A DNA stretch of 64,000 nucleotides from Bacillota bacterium (GCA_023415835.1 JAEZJK010000042.1:2057-66056), one strand, 5' to 3'; positions 28,778 through 39,030 are shown, numbered from the stretch's first letter. Notes: generated by a model not told the origin, from the letters alone. Program-made: numbers and translations.

Positions 28778-29494
28778 ATGTTAGTAGTCTTTGTTTTAAA
28801 ACAAAAACTATTTCGTTACTTGTTTGGTTTAGGAATATTATTCGGCTTAACCGGACTATTATTCCTGCTTTTCCAAACAACAAAAACTCAGGGGATTCTA
28901 GGGAAACTAACGGTGGTGATCGACCCGGGGCATGGAGGGGTTGACGGCGGGACGGCCGACAACCAAGGCAACCTGGAGAAGGATATTAACCTAAAAATAG
29001 CCCTTAAGATATGTAAACAACTCAGCCAAAGCGGCTTAAAGGTCATTTTGACCAGAGACAGCGATACCGACCTGGCTCCTTTTTTGGCGGGGCGAAAGGG
29101 GAGGCACCGTCGGGATTTAATAGGGAGGATCGATAAGGCGATTGCAGCTAAGTGTTTATCTTTGGTAAGCATTCACTGCGACTACTCTGCCAATCATCGG
29201 AAACAAGGGGCGGTAGTATTTTACAACTATCTTTCCGAAGAGAGCAAGGAGATGGGGAGATTGATTCAGGAAGAGTTGAATTTAATCCAGGAACGGGCGG
29301 GTAAAATTGCTCCGGGGAAATATTTGATCATCAGGCAGAAAGCAATCACCGGGGTTTTAGTGGAAGTTGGTTTTCTCTCCAACCAAGTTGACGCCGGGAA
29401 GTTACAAACTGGCGAATATCAAGAACAAATGGCCATAGCTGTTTCTAGAGGTATCCTTCGGTATTGCAGGAAAACACTGGGTTATAGCGAATAA
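28778..29494 (+). CDS. cwlD: N-acetylmuramoyl-L-alanine amidase (Amidase_3, CwlD-like)
   Basis: N-terminal TM segment. VVIDPGHGGVDGG, SIHCD and VEVGFLSN motifs. The size and architecture match CwlD; the symbol is an inference. Confidence 0.8.
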   Translation: MLVVFVLKQKLFRYLFGLGILFGLTGLLFLLFQTTKTQGILGKLTVVIDPGHGGVDGGTADNQGNLEKDINLKIALKICKQLSQSGLKVILTRDSDTDLAPFLAGRKGRHRRDLIGRIDKAIAAKCLSLVSIHCDYSANHRKQGAVVFYNYLSEESKEMGRLIQEELNLIQERAGKIAPGKYLIIRQKAITGVLVEVGFLSNQVDAGKLQTGEYQEQMAIAVSRGILRYCRKTLGYSE

Positions 29495-29514
29495 TATGTA
29501 TTATTATTAAAAAA

Positions 29515-29910
29515 ATGTTTCTGGGGGATGTTCTTTTGGATACTATACTATATAATCGCACCGGGAAACCGGTAGCGTTTTTAGTCAAAAATGAAGATGA
29601 AAACATAATTAGTCTCTGGAATGGGATAGCGGTGTCTTATTTATATGAGGATCAAATTTATGGCTGGAACGGCAAACAACTTGGTTGGTATATCGATGGG
29701 ATTATTTATGATCTCCGTGGGTTTCAGGCTGGTTTCACCCGCCAACGCTGTCCGGTAATAGTTTCCCGGGCTCCGGCAAAGCCGAAACAATTAATTAAAG
29801 GCGCTAAAAACCTTCGGGATTTGCCAGGGACAAAACCGCAGTTTACCAAGAAGTTTTCCTTAGTTGAACTAGAGCTTCTCTTGGAGTCCGGCCGGAGCAA
29901 ACAGGCATAA
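29515..29910 (+). CDS. Small hypothetical protein (4-fold beta-flower-like repeats)
   Basis: Repeated aromatic-Gly pattern (IYGWNGKQLGWYIDGIIYDLRG) recalls the beta-flower family. The assignment is weak. Confidence 0.5.
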   Translation: MFLGDVLLDTILYNRTGKPVAFLVKNEDENIISLWNGIAVSYLYEDQIYGWNGKQLGWYIDGIIYDLRGFQAGFTRQRCPVIVSRAPAKPKQLIKGAKNLRDLPGTKPQFTKKFSLVELELLLESGRSKQA

Positions 29911-29921
29911 TATAAATAAAT

Positions 29922-29947
29922 GGAGCGCGGTTGCGCTCCTTTATATT
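29922..29947 (+). terminator. Intrinsic terminator
   Basis: GGAGCGC-GGTT-GCGCTCC hairpin followed by TTTATATT, 12 nt after the stop at 29910. Confidence 0.65.
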
Positions 29948-30200
29948 GGATCGGGTCAACCTGACCCGGAACGTAAGGGAAAGTTGCCATAGGACATGGC
30001 GTTCACCCCTTTCGCTTCTCTCATTATAGTGGATTTTGCGGTTCAATACAATGCGTATTCGAGAAATTTATTGCGACATAAGTTTGTTAAAATTCTTAAA
30101 AAATTTGATACCTGTCTTGCTTTCCAAGATTGGCCGAATTATAATGAAATGACTAATGGTCGAAAATAGACTCACATTTTCAAATTGAGGAGGTGAGGCT

Positions 30201-30821
30201 GTGACAGTATCTACTAGGAGAGAACGGGAACAAAAGTTACGGCGGGAAATGATCATCGAAGCCGCTCAGGTTTTGTTTGAACAAAAGGGTTTTGAAAAAA
30301 CCACGGTTGAAGAGATCGCTAACGAGGCTGAGCTGGGAAAAGGGACCATTTATTTTTATTTCAGGAGTAAAGAAGAGATCTATATTGCTATTCTGGAAAA
30401 AAGGCTTGATTTTCTCGAACAAAAAATGAAAGAGGCCATTGCTAACCCCAAAACAGCGGTAGACGCATTATATGGTTTGTATGACGCTTTTATTGAGTAT
30501 CACCGTGAACGGAAAGGGTTTATCGATACTTTATTTGTTCAGGTTGATGGAGAAATTTTATATCGTTTGGGCAGTGTGGTAGGAGGATTAAAGAGCAAGG
30601 CCTCAGTATGGATGGAGATTGTAGGAAACACGATCCAATGGGGAATCGAACGCGGGGAATTTAGTCAGGTCGATGTGGAGCGAATGTCGAAAACGATAGT
30701 CGGCATGGTTCTCGGATTGATTATTCAATTTGAGATGGGTCAAATCAATGAAGATTTGGCCGATTATCGGGATGCGGTTTTCAGGTTGATTTTTGAGGGG
30801 ATAAAAGAAATTAAGGCGTGA
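30201..30821 (+). CDS. TetR/AcrR-family transcriptional regulator
   Basis: N-terminal TetR HTH (AAQVLFEQKGFEKTTVEEIANEAELGKGTIYFYF). Confidence 0.88.
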   Translation: MTVSTRREREQKLRREMIIEAAQVLFEQKGFEKTTVEEIANEAELGKGTIYFYFRSKEEIYIAILEKRLDFLEQKMKEAIANPKTAVDALYGLYDAFIEYHRERKGFIDTLFVQVDGEILYRLGSVVGGLKSKASVWMEIVGNTIQWGIERGEFSQVDVERMSKTIVGMVLGLIIQFEMGQINEDLADYRDAVFRLIFEGIKEIKA

Positions 30822-30992
30822 GGCAAGAGGCAAAAGGCATAGGAAAGAGTAAAACTTTAGGTATTAGGGAATTAGGGAAGGGGAAAAATTTCTAACCGCA
30901 TGTTTGTTCTCCCGCTGCCTAGAAAATAGGAATTTAATTTAAAATCATCTTGCGCATAATCGATCGAAGAAACGGTTATTTAAAATTAGCCT

Positions 30993-33900
30993 TTGTTTAA
31001 ATTTTTACGGCAGGATTTGCTTAAACTCCCCCGAATCCATATAGGGTCAGGGGGTTTTTCTTTGCCTAAGTATACCGTTATTCCCGGTGAATTAAAATGG
31101 CATCGCGCCATTGTTTCCAGGATCAAAACCGCGCTCCGAAATCATGACTTCGCCGTGATGTTTGTTTTTCCAACTCTTAGCCTGTTAAAAGAGGTTCAGG
31201 AAGAGCTGATGGCTGAACCGGATATCAACGGCATCGGCGGGATTCGATTGCTGCTTTTTGAGGGTTTTATTGAAGAGCTGATACGCCGTTTTGGCTTGGA
31301 AGGGAGGCGGCCTTCCCCGGTTGAACAAGAACTGTTTATTAGCGAAGCATTTTACAACTTAAATCAAGCCGGAAAGCTGGGTTACTTGAACCAGGCGCCT
31401 TTTTCAGCCAGTTACCGCCGGGCAATGCTGGAAGGAATCCGCGAGTGGAAGCGGGCTGGCTTAACGCCGGAGATTTTTAAGGATTGGGCCTCCGGCCAAA
31501 GCGCCAAGGAACAACAACTGGCCTTAGTTTATGAAGCATATCAACAACTCCTGATTGAACGGGGATTGAATGAAGAAGATCTGGTTTTAGGGCGCCTGGA
31601 GAAGCTGCGGAGCGACGCCAGGAAGATTCCGGAGACGGCGCCGGTGATTATGTACGGTTTTACCGATTTAACCCCTTTGCAAAACGATTACCTTAAAATA
31701 CTCGAGTTTTGGTTTGACTTTGAATTCTTGATTGACCCTACCGCCGTACCGGAACTTCAAGAAATGATTTTCCGACATTTTCCCATTAGAATTCCGAAGC
31801 ATGATCCGATTCACCCGCAGAATGCCCTGGAAGCACTCCAAAATTGTTTCTGGGTCGAAAAGGGGGCTGTGATCGGCCTAGGGCCGGATGATCATTCGCT
31901 ACAAATGATTCAAGCGGCCGGTCCGGTACGGGAGGTAACCGGAATCGCCCGGGAGATCGTCAAGTTAATTTCAGAAAATCCCGGTTACCAGTGGGATGAT
32001 TTTTTAATTTTAACCCCCAATCCCCAGGAATTCATCAGAACAGCCGAACCGGTCTTTGCTTTATATGAACTAAACATTTGTGGGAATCAAACCGGGATTG
32101 CCGGCCAATATCCGGCTGTCAACCAATTTTACGAGGCTCTGACAGCTTCTGATAATGATTGGCAATGGCCGGAGATGGAATTGTTAATTCGCCATTATTA
32201 TGCGGGCGCTGATCCGGCATTGGGAGATCAGTTTCTTCTTTGGCTTGGCCAACATCATGGAGCGGTTTCCAGCCGCCAACGCTGGTTGGATTTGACGGCC
32301 GAAAAAAGATTCATCCAATCCGCAGCCGAAGCCGGATTCGATTTAAAGCCTCTCCACATAATGGTTGGGTGGTTAACCAAAATTCCCAAACAGGCTTCGC
32401 TAAAAGACTATCTAAATTTAGCCAAAGAATGGTTTGAAACCCAAATAACTATCAAACCGGGATTACTCCCCGAGGATCCCGGATTATTGGCTTTGAAAAC
32501 CGACAATTATCAAGCGGCGCAAGGGATTATTGGCATTTTGGAAGAGATTGGCCGATTGATAGACGGCTTCAATTGTTTTAAGGAGGAATTCAGCGTCAGG
32601 GAGTTTCAACAATTTTTGAACAATTACTGGTCGGAGATGACGGTGCAGTCAACCAGCCGTAGCCTTCAATCAACTGGATCAATCAGGGTAATTCCACCCC
32701 GGGAGGCCCGGGGTTTGAGAGCAGCCGTGGTTTTTAGCGCCGGAATGGAACAAGGGACGTTCCCCAGGGTTTATGTGAATGATTGGAAGCTAGCCCCGGC
32801 TGCCCGGAGGGAATTACGGACTATCGGGATCGAGTTGGAAACGGGAGAACAGTACCAGGTACAGGAAGCGTTAGCCTTTTATTGGTCCCTTCAAACAGCT
32901 AAGGAGCATTTATACTTGGTTTACCGCGATCAGGACGGCGGCGGCCAACCCCGGAACCGTTCCATGTTCCTGGATGAAGTTCTCCAATATGTCCCGGATC
33001 TTTCAGAGAGGATAATCCGTTACAGCCTGGCGCCACGGATCTGCGGTTCTTATGTTGACTGTCATGCAGGAATTGAACGTAAGGAATGGCTCGTTAGTAC
33101 TTTGTTAGCCCCTGAAGGGCAAATCGATCCGGAGCGGCTGGTGACAATCCTGGCGCTACTGGGAGAAACGGAGTACCGCGGTTTGGCGCTGAGGCTACAA
33201 GGGAGGCGTTGCGCCGGGATTCAAGTCAGGTTGGGTGAAAACCAGGCGATATATCAGTTATTAAACTCTAGATTTGGAGCAAACCATCCCTATTCAATCA
33301 CTGCGATTGAAGATTACCGTTCTTGCCCTTACCGGTTCTTTCTGAAACACCTTTTAAAAGTGAGGCCTGCCCCAAAACCGGCTTTACTTCCGGAACTATT
33401 GGATCTCGGCAATTTATATCACGCAATCCTTCGTGAATTTGGAAAGAAGTTTTGCGGACAATCGCTGCGCAAGAATGAATTAGAGCGTTATCAGGAAGCC
33501 ATCACCGATTGCATGGAAGAACAATATCAGGAATGGCGAAGATGGGCCGGGAGCGAACTAGCCGATATGATTCTCTCCCTAAAACAAGAAGAGATCCGCA
33601 AAACACTGAGGCGTTGGTTGGAATCGGAAGTGGCATGGTCGGAGGCAACCGCAAACCGTTTCCAAATGCAGAAGTTTGAATGGAGTTTCGGCAGCGGCGA
33701 AGCATGTACCGAGCCGGATGCTTTGACTGTTCCGTTTCTTTTGGATGACGGAGATGTTAGTATCAAAATCTGGGGCCGGGTTGATCGGGTGGATTCCGAT
33801 AGTTCGGGGAATTTCACTGTTTACGATTATAAATTGGGGAAGGGTCCGGCCACTAAAGACTTGATTGAAATGAATAATCTGCAAATCCCGGTTTACATAT

Positions 33901-34220
33901 TGGCTTTGGAGCAGCTTTGCTTCGGTGAGGGACAAGCAGTGGGCGGGAGTTACCTGGGACTGCGCGATCCATCCCGTAGTAGTGGCGGAATTTGGCATCA
34001 AGCGCGATTAGGGCCGGTTTTGAAAAGCAAAGGCCTCCTTGACCAAGCATCATGGGAAGCTTTACTGGAAGAAGTCAAAAAAGAGCTTGTGGCGGCGGTT
34101 TCCGGGATCCGGAGCGGAAGTTTCGGTTTGACCCGGGATGATTGCCCGAAATATTGCGAATATCAGAGTTGTTGCCGACGGCCGGAGAGGGAGGTTGAGG
34201 CCATTGACGCATCCGCTTAA
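30993..34220 (+). CDS. addB: AddB-like helicase-nuclease subunit (inactive helicase-like N-terminus, C-terminal PD-(D/E)XK nuclease with Fe-S cysteines)
   Basis: No Walker A where AddB has one (VIPGELKWH). Nuclease region YRSCPYRFFLKHLL ... GRVDRVD ... VYDYKLGK ... DDCPKYCEYQSCC. It is positioned immediately upstream of, and overlapping, addA. The true start is uncertain. Confidence 0.8.
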   Translation: MFKFLRQDLLKLPRIHIGSGGFSLPKYTVIPGELKWHRAIVSRIKTALRNHDFAVMFVFPTLSLLKEVQEELMAEPDINGIGGIRLLLFEGFIEELIRRFGLEGRRPSPVEQELFISEAFYNLNQAGKLGYLNQAPFSASYRRAMLEGIREWKRAGLTPEIFKDWASGQSAKEQQLALVYEAYQQLLIERGLNEEDLVLGRLEKLRSDARKIPETAPVIMYGFTDLTPLQNDYLKILEFWFDFEFLIDPTAVPELQEMIFRHFPIRIPKHDPIHPQNALEALQNCFWVEKGAVIGLGPDDHSLQMIQAAGPVREVTGIAREIVKLISENPGYQWDDFLILTPNPQEFIRTAEPVFALYELNICGNQTGIAGQYPAVNQFYEALTASDNDWQWPEMELLIRHYYAGADPALGDQFLLWLGQHHGAVSSRQRWLDLTAEKRFIQSAAEAGFDLKPLHIMVGWLTKIPKQASLKDYLNLAKEWFETQITIKPGLLPEDPGLLALKTDNYQAAQGIIGILEEIGRLIDGFNCFKEEFSVREFQQFLNNYWSEMTVQSTSRSLQSTGSIRVIPPREARGLRAAVVFSAGMEQGTFPRVYVNDWKLAPAARRELRTIGIELETGEQYQVQEALAFYWSLQTAKEHLYLVYRDQDGGGQPRNRSMFLDEVLQYVPDLSERIIRYSLAPRICGSYVDCHAGIERKEWLVSTLLAPEGQIDPERLVTILALLGETEYRGLALRLQGRRCAGIQVRLGENQAIYQLLNSRFGANHPYSITAIEDYRSCPYRFFLKHLLKVRPAPKPALLPELLDLGNLYHAILREFGKKFCGQSLRKNELERYQEAITDCMEEQYQEWRRWAGSELADMILSLKQEEIRKTLRRWLESEVAWSEATANRFQMQKFEWSFGSGEACTEPDALTVPFLLDDGDVSIKIWGRVDRVDSDSSGNFTVYDYKLGKGPATKDLIEMNNLQIPVYILALEQLCFGEGQAVGGSYLGLRDPSRSSGGIWHQARLGPVLKSKGLLDQASWEALLEEVKKELVAAVSGIRSGSFGLTRDDCPKYCEYQSCCRRPEREVEAIDASA

Positions 34221-37200
34221 TGAACAACAAGCTAAAGCGGTATCCCTTTTTGAAGCCGATTTGGTAGTGACCGCCGGGGCCGGCACTGGGAAAACCAGTG
34301 TTTTGACGAGCAAATATCTAAGGTTACTGGAAGGACGCCTGGCCGAAGTAGGCGAGATCGTAGCGATCACTTTTACCAATAAAGCTGCCGCCGAAATGCG
34401 GGACCGGATCCAAGATTCAATTCGGGAACATTTAAAAAGAGTCGCCGAAACTGAGGAGGCCGGTTATTGGCATAGTCAACTTCTAAAATTGGAAAGCGCT
34501 AGGATTAGTACTTTTCACAGCCTTTGCCTGGGCCTAATCAGGGAACACCCGTTAGAAGCTGGTATCCCTCCGGTTAGCGGTATCTTGAGCGATGGTGAAG
34601 AAGGGATTTATCTCAATCAAGCAATTGCCACGGTCCTGATCCGGGAGTTTCACCGGGAAAGCGATTATCGGCCAGCCCTAGTGCGTTTGCTTCAGGAATA
34701 TGGTTGGGAGCAACTCCAAAGCGATCTGGCCGCTCTATATGGTTCAGTCAGGGAGTGCGGCGTCACGTTTGCCAAAGTAATAGAGTTAACCACAACCCGC
34801 CTTAGCCGGCCGGAAACATATAGCCTGGAAAGTTTAGTCGCGGAATTGGCCGAATTTTTGGAATTCGGCCTGAATCAGAAATTGACAGACCGAGCTATGG
34901 AGATTATTGCTTCACTAAGGGAAAAATGGCCGATTTATGTAGGGGTTTTGCGTCCGGAGAATCCGCCCGAAGCGATAATGCCGATTTTAACGGAGATCCG
35001 GAAGGCGCTACCCGGAAACCTGCCTAATGTCTTAAAGGAACGCGTCACATTAATCTATAGTATGTTGGAGGGTATAAGCCAACAACTGCTCGACCGGGAG
35101 TGTTTAAAAAGACTGCCGGTTTTGGGAACGCTTTTGGAATGGATTGATCAGGAATACAGTAGGGCTAAACTGGAAAACGGTTTAGTCGACTTTACAGACC
35201 AGCAGTTATTAGCCCGCGACTTACTACTGGGTTATCCGGAATTGGCGGATCGGATCCGGCGGGGTATCAAATACTTGTTAGTTGATGAGTTTCAAGACAC
35301 TAACAGTTTACAAATGGATTTGATCAATCAGTTGGTAGGGAAAGATTATCAAGGCGGCCGGTTGATGGCAGTCGGCGACGTCAAACAATCGATTTACCGT
35401 TTCCGCGGGGCTGAGGCGGAATTGATTACCGATCTGAGCATCCGGGTCAGTGAGCGGGGCGGTGAAGTGGTCGCCCTTTCTGAAAATTATCGTTCGGATA
35501 GGATAGTAATTGATTTCATTAATCGAATCTCTGCCCGGCTCTTTGAAGACGAGGCCTTTGAGTATCAACCTCTCCAAGCGACTAAGCATGAATCCGGTTC
35601 CGGCATCGAATTCTTATTGACCGGAACGGCCGACCGGGTTAGCGAAGCCAAAATGGTAGCGGGCCGGATAGCCCAAATGGTCAGGGAAAACTCGATCGGA
35701 AACGCTACGGTCAATTATGGGGATATTGTCTTACTGTTCAGGGCCGGCAGTTCAGCCCATCTCTATCAACAAGCATTACAGAGTATAGGAATTCCATATT
35801 ACAATTCATGTGGCGGCGACTTCTACCACCGCCAGGAGATTGTTGACCAATTGAACCTATTGCGTCTGGTGCAACAGCGTTATGACTCCCTGGCTTTATT
35901 GGCCCTTTTGGCCTCGCCTTATGCCGGGCTTTCCGAAACCGGGCTTTTTTGGCTGGGACGAAACGGCGATCTAGTAAAGGAATTCTATGGATGCCGGGAA
36001 TTTCCGGAGGAAATTTCCCCGATAGAGCGGGAGCGGCTACGGGACTTTCGTGAGCTGGTCGGTTATCTCCTTCAAAACCGGGAAGTACTTCAGATCCCGA
36101 AAATTATTAGAATTGCGCTCGAACGTTGTCATTACCGAGAAATGCTCTGGGCTTTACCCGATGGCTCCCAACGCGTGGCCAACCTGGAAAAACTGCTGGC
36201 TAAGGCGGATGAGTTTATGGCTAAAGGGTTCCATGATCTAAACCGTTTTCTAGCTTATATCGCTGAACTCGAAGGAATGGGTATTTTAGAGAGTGAAGCT
36301 CCGACCGAAGCGGAGTTGGGGAATGTAGTCCGCTTAATGACCATTCACCGGTCGAAGGGGTTGGAGTTTCCCATCGTAATCATTCCTGAGCTTGACCGGG
36401 AGTTCAACTTCCGAAAACAAGGGAGCCTGGCTTTTCATAAACAGGTTGGTTTGGGAATGGACATCCCGCTGGAGTACGAGGCTGCTGCCCAGCCTTCGCT
36501 CTGGGAAGAGATTAAGTTGAAGAACAAGCGGGAGGAGATCTCGGAGTTAAAGCGGTTGCTTTATGTAGCGATGACCCGGGCCAAACAACGCCTGATCATG
36601 GCTGGTTCAGGCTGTAGCAGTTCCCGGGGGAATACCCTGGAAACAGCCAACTCTTGGATGAAATGGTTCGAGCTGTTACTGCCCCTCGGTGAAACAGGAG
36701 AACACTTTGATTATGAAGGCCTCCCGGTCAGGGTAGTCCGGAATTTCCCGGAAGCCGCGATTCCAGCCCGGGAAGGGACTGCGCTGGATAAGTTCCTTCC
36801 CCAACTGGGCGCCGAAGCCCCTCAAACCCAAAGCAAAGCCGGTTTGGAAGTGGCGGCTGCAGTGGAAACTAAAACGGAGACCCTCAAAGTTTCCGAGATC
36901 ATGGCTTATTTTAATTGCCCCCGGCGTTATTTCTGGCAATATCGGATGCTACTAAGTGGATCCGGTCCGGAACCTGTGGAGATTGATGCAACCGGGTTCC
37001 AAGATAACTGGAGCGCATTGATTGGCGATTTTCTACATCGTGCTGCTAGCCGGGAAGGCGACGCCTGGCCGGAAGAACTATGGAAGGTAACCTTTGGCGG
37101 CCAACCTGGGGACGGACAGGCCAAGTTAAAGGAAGAGTTGACCCGGATTTGGCAAAATTTTAGAAATAGCCCCTATACAGAACGGGCGGGGCGGTACTGG

Positions 37201-37602
37201 GATGAGGTCCCATTCCTCTTGAAACTCACACCAGGGCTTCGGGTGGAGGGCAGGTTCGACCGGCTGCTTCAGGATCGGGCGGGGGAATTGGTGTTAGTTG
37301 ATTATAAGACCCACCGGATCCCAGGGGAAAGGGCGCAAAGGGTTGGCATACCCTATTATCCGCAATTGCAATTGTATTCCTTGGCGGTGAAGGCATTGTG
37401 GGGTAGGCTTCCCGGCCGGGCGGTACTCTATTTTCCTTATCCAAACCTGGGAGTAGAGGTTCCGCTGGATCGGGATTCATTAGGGCAATTGGTAGCGGAA
37501 GTCGGCCGGATGGCGGATTTTATTAGCGAACATGGCCTTCCGGAAGAATATCCGAAAAGCAGTAACTGCTTGAAATGTGGTTATGAATGGTGTTGTCGCT
37601 GA
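34204..37602 (+). CDS. addA: AddA/UvrD-type ATP-dependent helicase-nuclease subunit A
   Basis: VTAGAGTGKT, LLVDEFQDTN, MTIHRSKGLEFPIV, YVAMTRAKQRL. C-terminal nuclease FNCPRRYFWQY ... GRFDRL ... LVDYKTH ... NCLKCGYEWCC. The track start is 34138; I prefer the in-frame TTG at 34204, 9 nt after GGAGG. Confidence 0.88.
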   Translation: MTHPLNEQQAKAVSLFEADLVVTAGAGTGKTSVLTSKYLRLLEGRLAEVGEIVAITFTNKAAAEMRDRIQDSIREHLKRVAETEEAGYWHSQLLKLESARISTFHSLCLGLIREHPLEAGIPPVSGILSDGEEGIYLNQAIATVLIREFHRESDYRPALVRLLQEYGWEQLQSDLAALYGSVRECGVTFAKVIELTTTRLSRPETYSLESLVAELAEFLEFGLNQKLTDRAMEIIASLREKWPIYVGVLRPENPPEAIMPILTEIRKALPGNLPNVLKERVTLIYSMLEGISQQLLDRECLKRLPVLGTLLEWIDQEYSRAKLENGLVDFTDQQLLARDLLLGYPELADRIRRGIKYLLVDEFQDTNSLQMDLINQLVGKDYQGGRLMAVGDVKQSIYRFRGAEAELITDLSIRVSERGGEVVALSENYRSDRIVIDFINRISARLFEDEAFEYQPLQATKHESGSGIEFLLTGTADRVSEAKMVAGRIAQMVRENSIGNATVNYGDIVLLFRAGSSAHLYQQALQSIGIPYYNSCGGDFYHRQEIVDQLNLLRLVQQRYDSLALLALLASPYAGLSETGLFWLGRNGDLVKEFYGCREFPEEISPIERERLRDFRELVGYLLQNREVLQIPKIIRIALERCHYREMLWALPDGSQRVANLEKLLAKADEFMAKGFHDLNRFLAYIAELEGMGILESEAPTEAELGNVVRLMTIHRSKGLEFPIVIIPELDREFNFRKQGSLAFHKQVGLGMDIPLEYEAAAQPSLWEEIKLKNKREEISELKRLLYVAMTRAKQRLIMAGSGCSSSRGNTLETANSWMKWFELLLPLGETGEHFDYEGLPVRVVRNFPEAAIPAREGTALDKFLPQLGAEAPQTQSKAGLEVAAAVETKTETLKVSEIMAYFNCPRRYFWQYRMLLSGSGPEPVEIDATGFQDNWSALIGDFLHRAASREGDAWPEELWKVTFGGQPGDGQAKLKEELTRIWQNFRNSPYTERAGRYWDEVPFLLKLTPGLRVEGRFDRLLQDRAGELVLVDYKTHRIPGERAQRVGIPYYPQLQLYSLAVKALWGRLPGRAVLYFPYPNLGVEVPLDRDSLGQLVAEVGRMADFISEHGLPEEYPKSSNCLKCGYEWCCR

Positions 37603-37656
37603 AAAATCCGTTACGCGTACAGGTACCGTGTTACGCCATGAAGGCCTTTTGCGTAT

Positions 37657-38514
37657 TTAACGCGTAACGGGTAACGGGCTTGTCTCCACATGCGAGGCAA
37701 AAGCGCTATGGTTATGGATGGATTCGTAACTTTCCACTTCTACCTGGAACCACTTGATCCTTAGATCGGAGCGGAGGGCCAGAACCGAGTCGCGCAGGAT
37801 GTCCTCGACGAATTTGGGATTTTGGTAGGCAGTTTCAGTGACGTATTTTTCATCGTCCCGTTTCAGGACTGGGAAAACGGGGCAACTACCCTGCACCCTT
37901 AATAACTCGATCAAATCCTCCAGCCAAATAATTTTCCCAGGATAGTCCGGTTTAACCAGGGTACGAATGACTGCCCGCTGATTGTGGGCCCCGAAAGCGG
38001 AGATCTCTTTGCTGCATGGGCAAAGGGAGAGTACCGGAATTTCAGCGCCCATATGAAAGATATAACTATTTTCCGGTTGTTTCAAGATGCCCTTAAATTC
38101 ACAGCAATAATCGAGGTAACCGGTGATCCGGCTGACCGGGGCCGGGAGCGGCAGAAAGTACCGGAATTTGAGATTGATTTCGGCTTCGGACACTTCCAGG
38201 TTGGAGCAGAGTTCCTTTAAGAGCTGGCGAATCTCGGAAGCGGCAACCGGTTTTTCACTCCAGGACATCAATAGTTCCATAAAGCGGCTAAGGTGAGTTC
38301 CTTTGAAATGGTGGGGCAGGGAGACCGAGATGGCGACGTTGGATTGGACTTCTTGATAGCCACCGTTTTTAGTCCGGATCTGGAAGGGAAGGTGGACATC
38401 TTTCAAACCCACCCGTTGGATCTCGATTCCCCGTTCGTCTTTCATGTTTTGGACGTCGATCATCAATGGTACCTGCCTCTCAAGGGTTAGTATTTGATCA
38501 TAAATTTTCGGCAT
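37657..38514 (-). CDS. folE2: GTP cyclohydrolase I type 2 (FolE2/MptA family)
   Basis: IDVQNMKDERGIEIQRVGLKDVHLPF, KGTHLSRFMELL and LCPCSKEISAFGAHNQR are FolE2 signatures. Confidence 0.88.
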   Translation of the reverse strand: MPKIYDQILTLERQVPLMIDVQNMKDERGIEIQRVGLKDVHLPFQIRTKNGGYQEVQSNVAISVSLPHHFKGTHLSRFMELLMSWSEKPVAASEIRQLLKELCSNLEVSEAEINLKFRYFLPLPAPVSRITGYLDYCCEFKGILKQPENSYIFHMGAEIPVLSLCPCSKEISAFGAHNQRAVIRTLVKPDYPGKIIWLEDLIELLRVQGSCPVFPVLKRDDEKYVTETAYQNPKFVEDILRDSVLALRSDLRIKWFQVEVESYESIHNHSAFASHVETSPLPVTR

Positions 38515-38638
38515 ACAATTGGAATGTCCTACCGGAGAGATATTTTTTAATGGAATATTTAAGTGGACCGTATGATTGGTTTTGGTTTTTTCACCCTCAA
38601 TTCTTGAGATCCTGTAATTGAGTTTTTAAAATTTCCAG

Positions 38639-38885
38639 TCACTTCTGATAGGCGCCATGATATGCTTCGGATAACCCCCGGTTCGGCTCTATCTCTTTAA
38701 TCAACTCAAGCCCTGAAGGCAATTGTTGCAGTTTGAAGGAGATGGGGTTGGAACTTTTTTGCGGTTTCGGGGTTGACTCGATTGGATTTATTAAGAACAG
38801 ATGAAACAGTTGCGATCGAAACCCCGGCTTCGCGGGCGACATCATTTAGCCATGGTAGAGTTACCTTTTTATAGATTCTTTTAAA
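38639..38885 (-). pseudogene. Decayed and truncated LacI-family regulator (HTH region only)
   Basis: Minus-strand hand translation gives ...YKKVTLPWLNDVAREAGVSIATVSSVLNKSNRVNPETAKK..., a LacI N-terminal HTH, with no usable start codon. The frame breaks after about 45 codons. A second frame continues ...LIKEIEPNRGLSEA... and ends at 38639. No sugar-binding domain follows. Confidence 0.7.
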
Positions 38886-38907
38886 TTATAATATTTACTG
38901 GTATCTA

Positions 38908-39030
38908 AGCGAGTTTCATAATTACAAAAATTTATCTTTACATGCAATATATAATGTAGGTTTTATTTTAGTCTATCAATATATTGTATGCGAAGCCGGA
39001 AAAAAGGAATTATGAAACCGCCTAATCTAA
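38908..39030 (+). repeat. Repeat A copy 2 (123 bp)
   Basis: Hand alignment to 4067-4188 shows 6 substitutions and 1 single-base indel, in the same orientation. It sits between the LacI remnant and the deacetylase gene. Confidence 0.8.

Noticed and set aside
34138-34203. Track start of addA at 34138, giving an 83-nt overlap with addB
   Set aside because: The first 22 codons are Arg/Gly-rich and out of character. An in-frame TTG at 34204 with a well-spaced GGAGG gives the usual N-terminus (…LNEQQAKAV…GAGTGKT). The gene call itself is kept.
37603-37680. GTTACGCG-containing inverted repeats between addA and folE2 as a distinct element
   Set aside because: Part of it is simply the folE2 C-terminal coding sequence (…PLPVTR). 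The rest is adequately explained as a convergent-gene terminator-like hairpin, and no second copy was seen.
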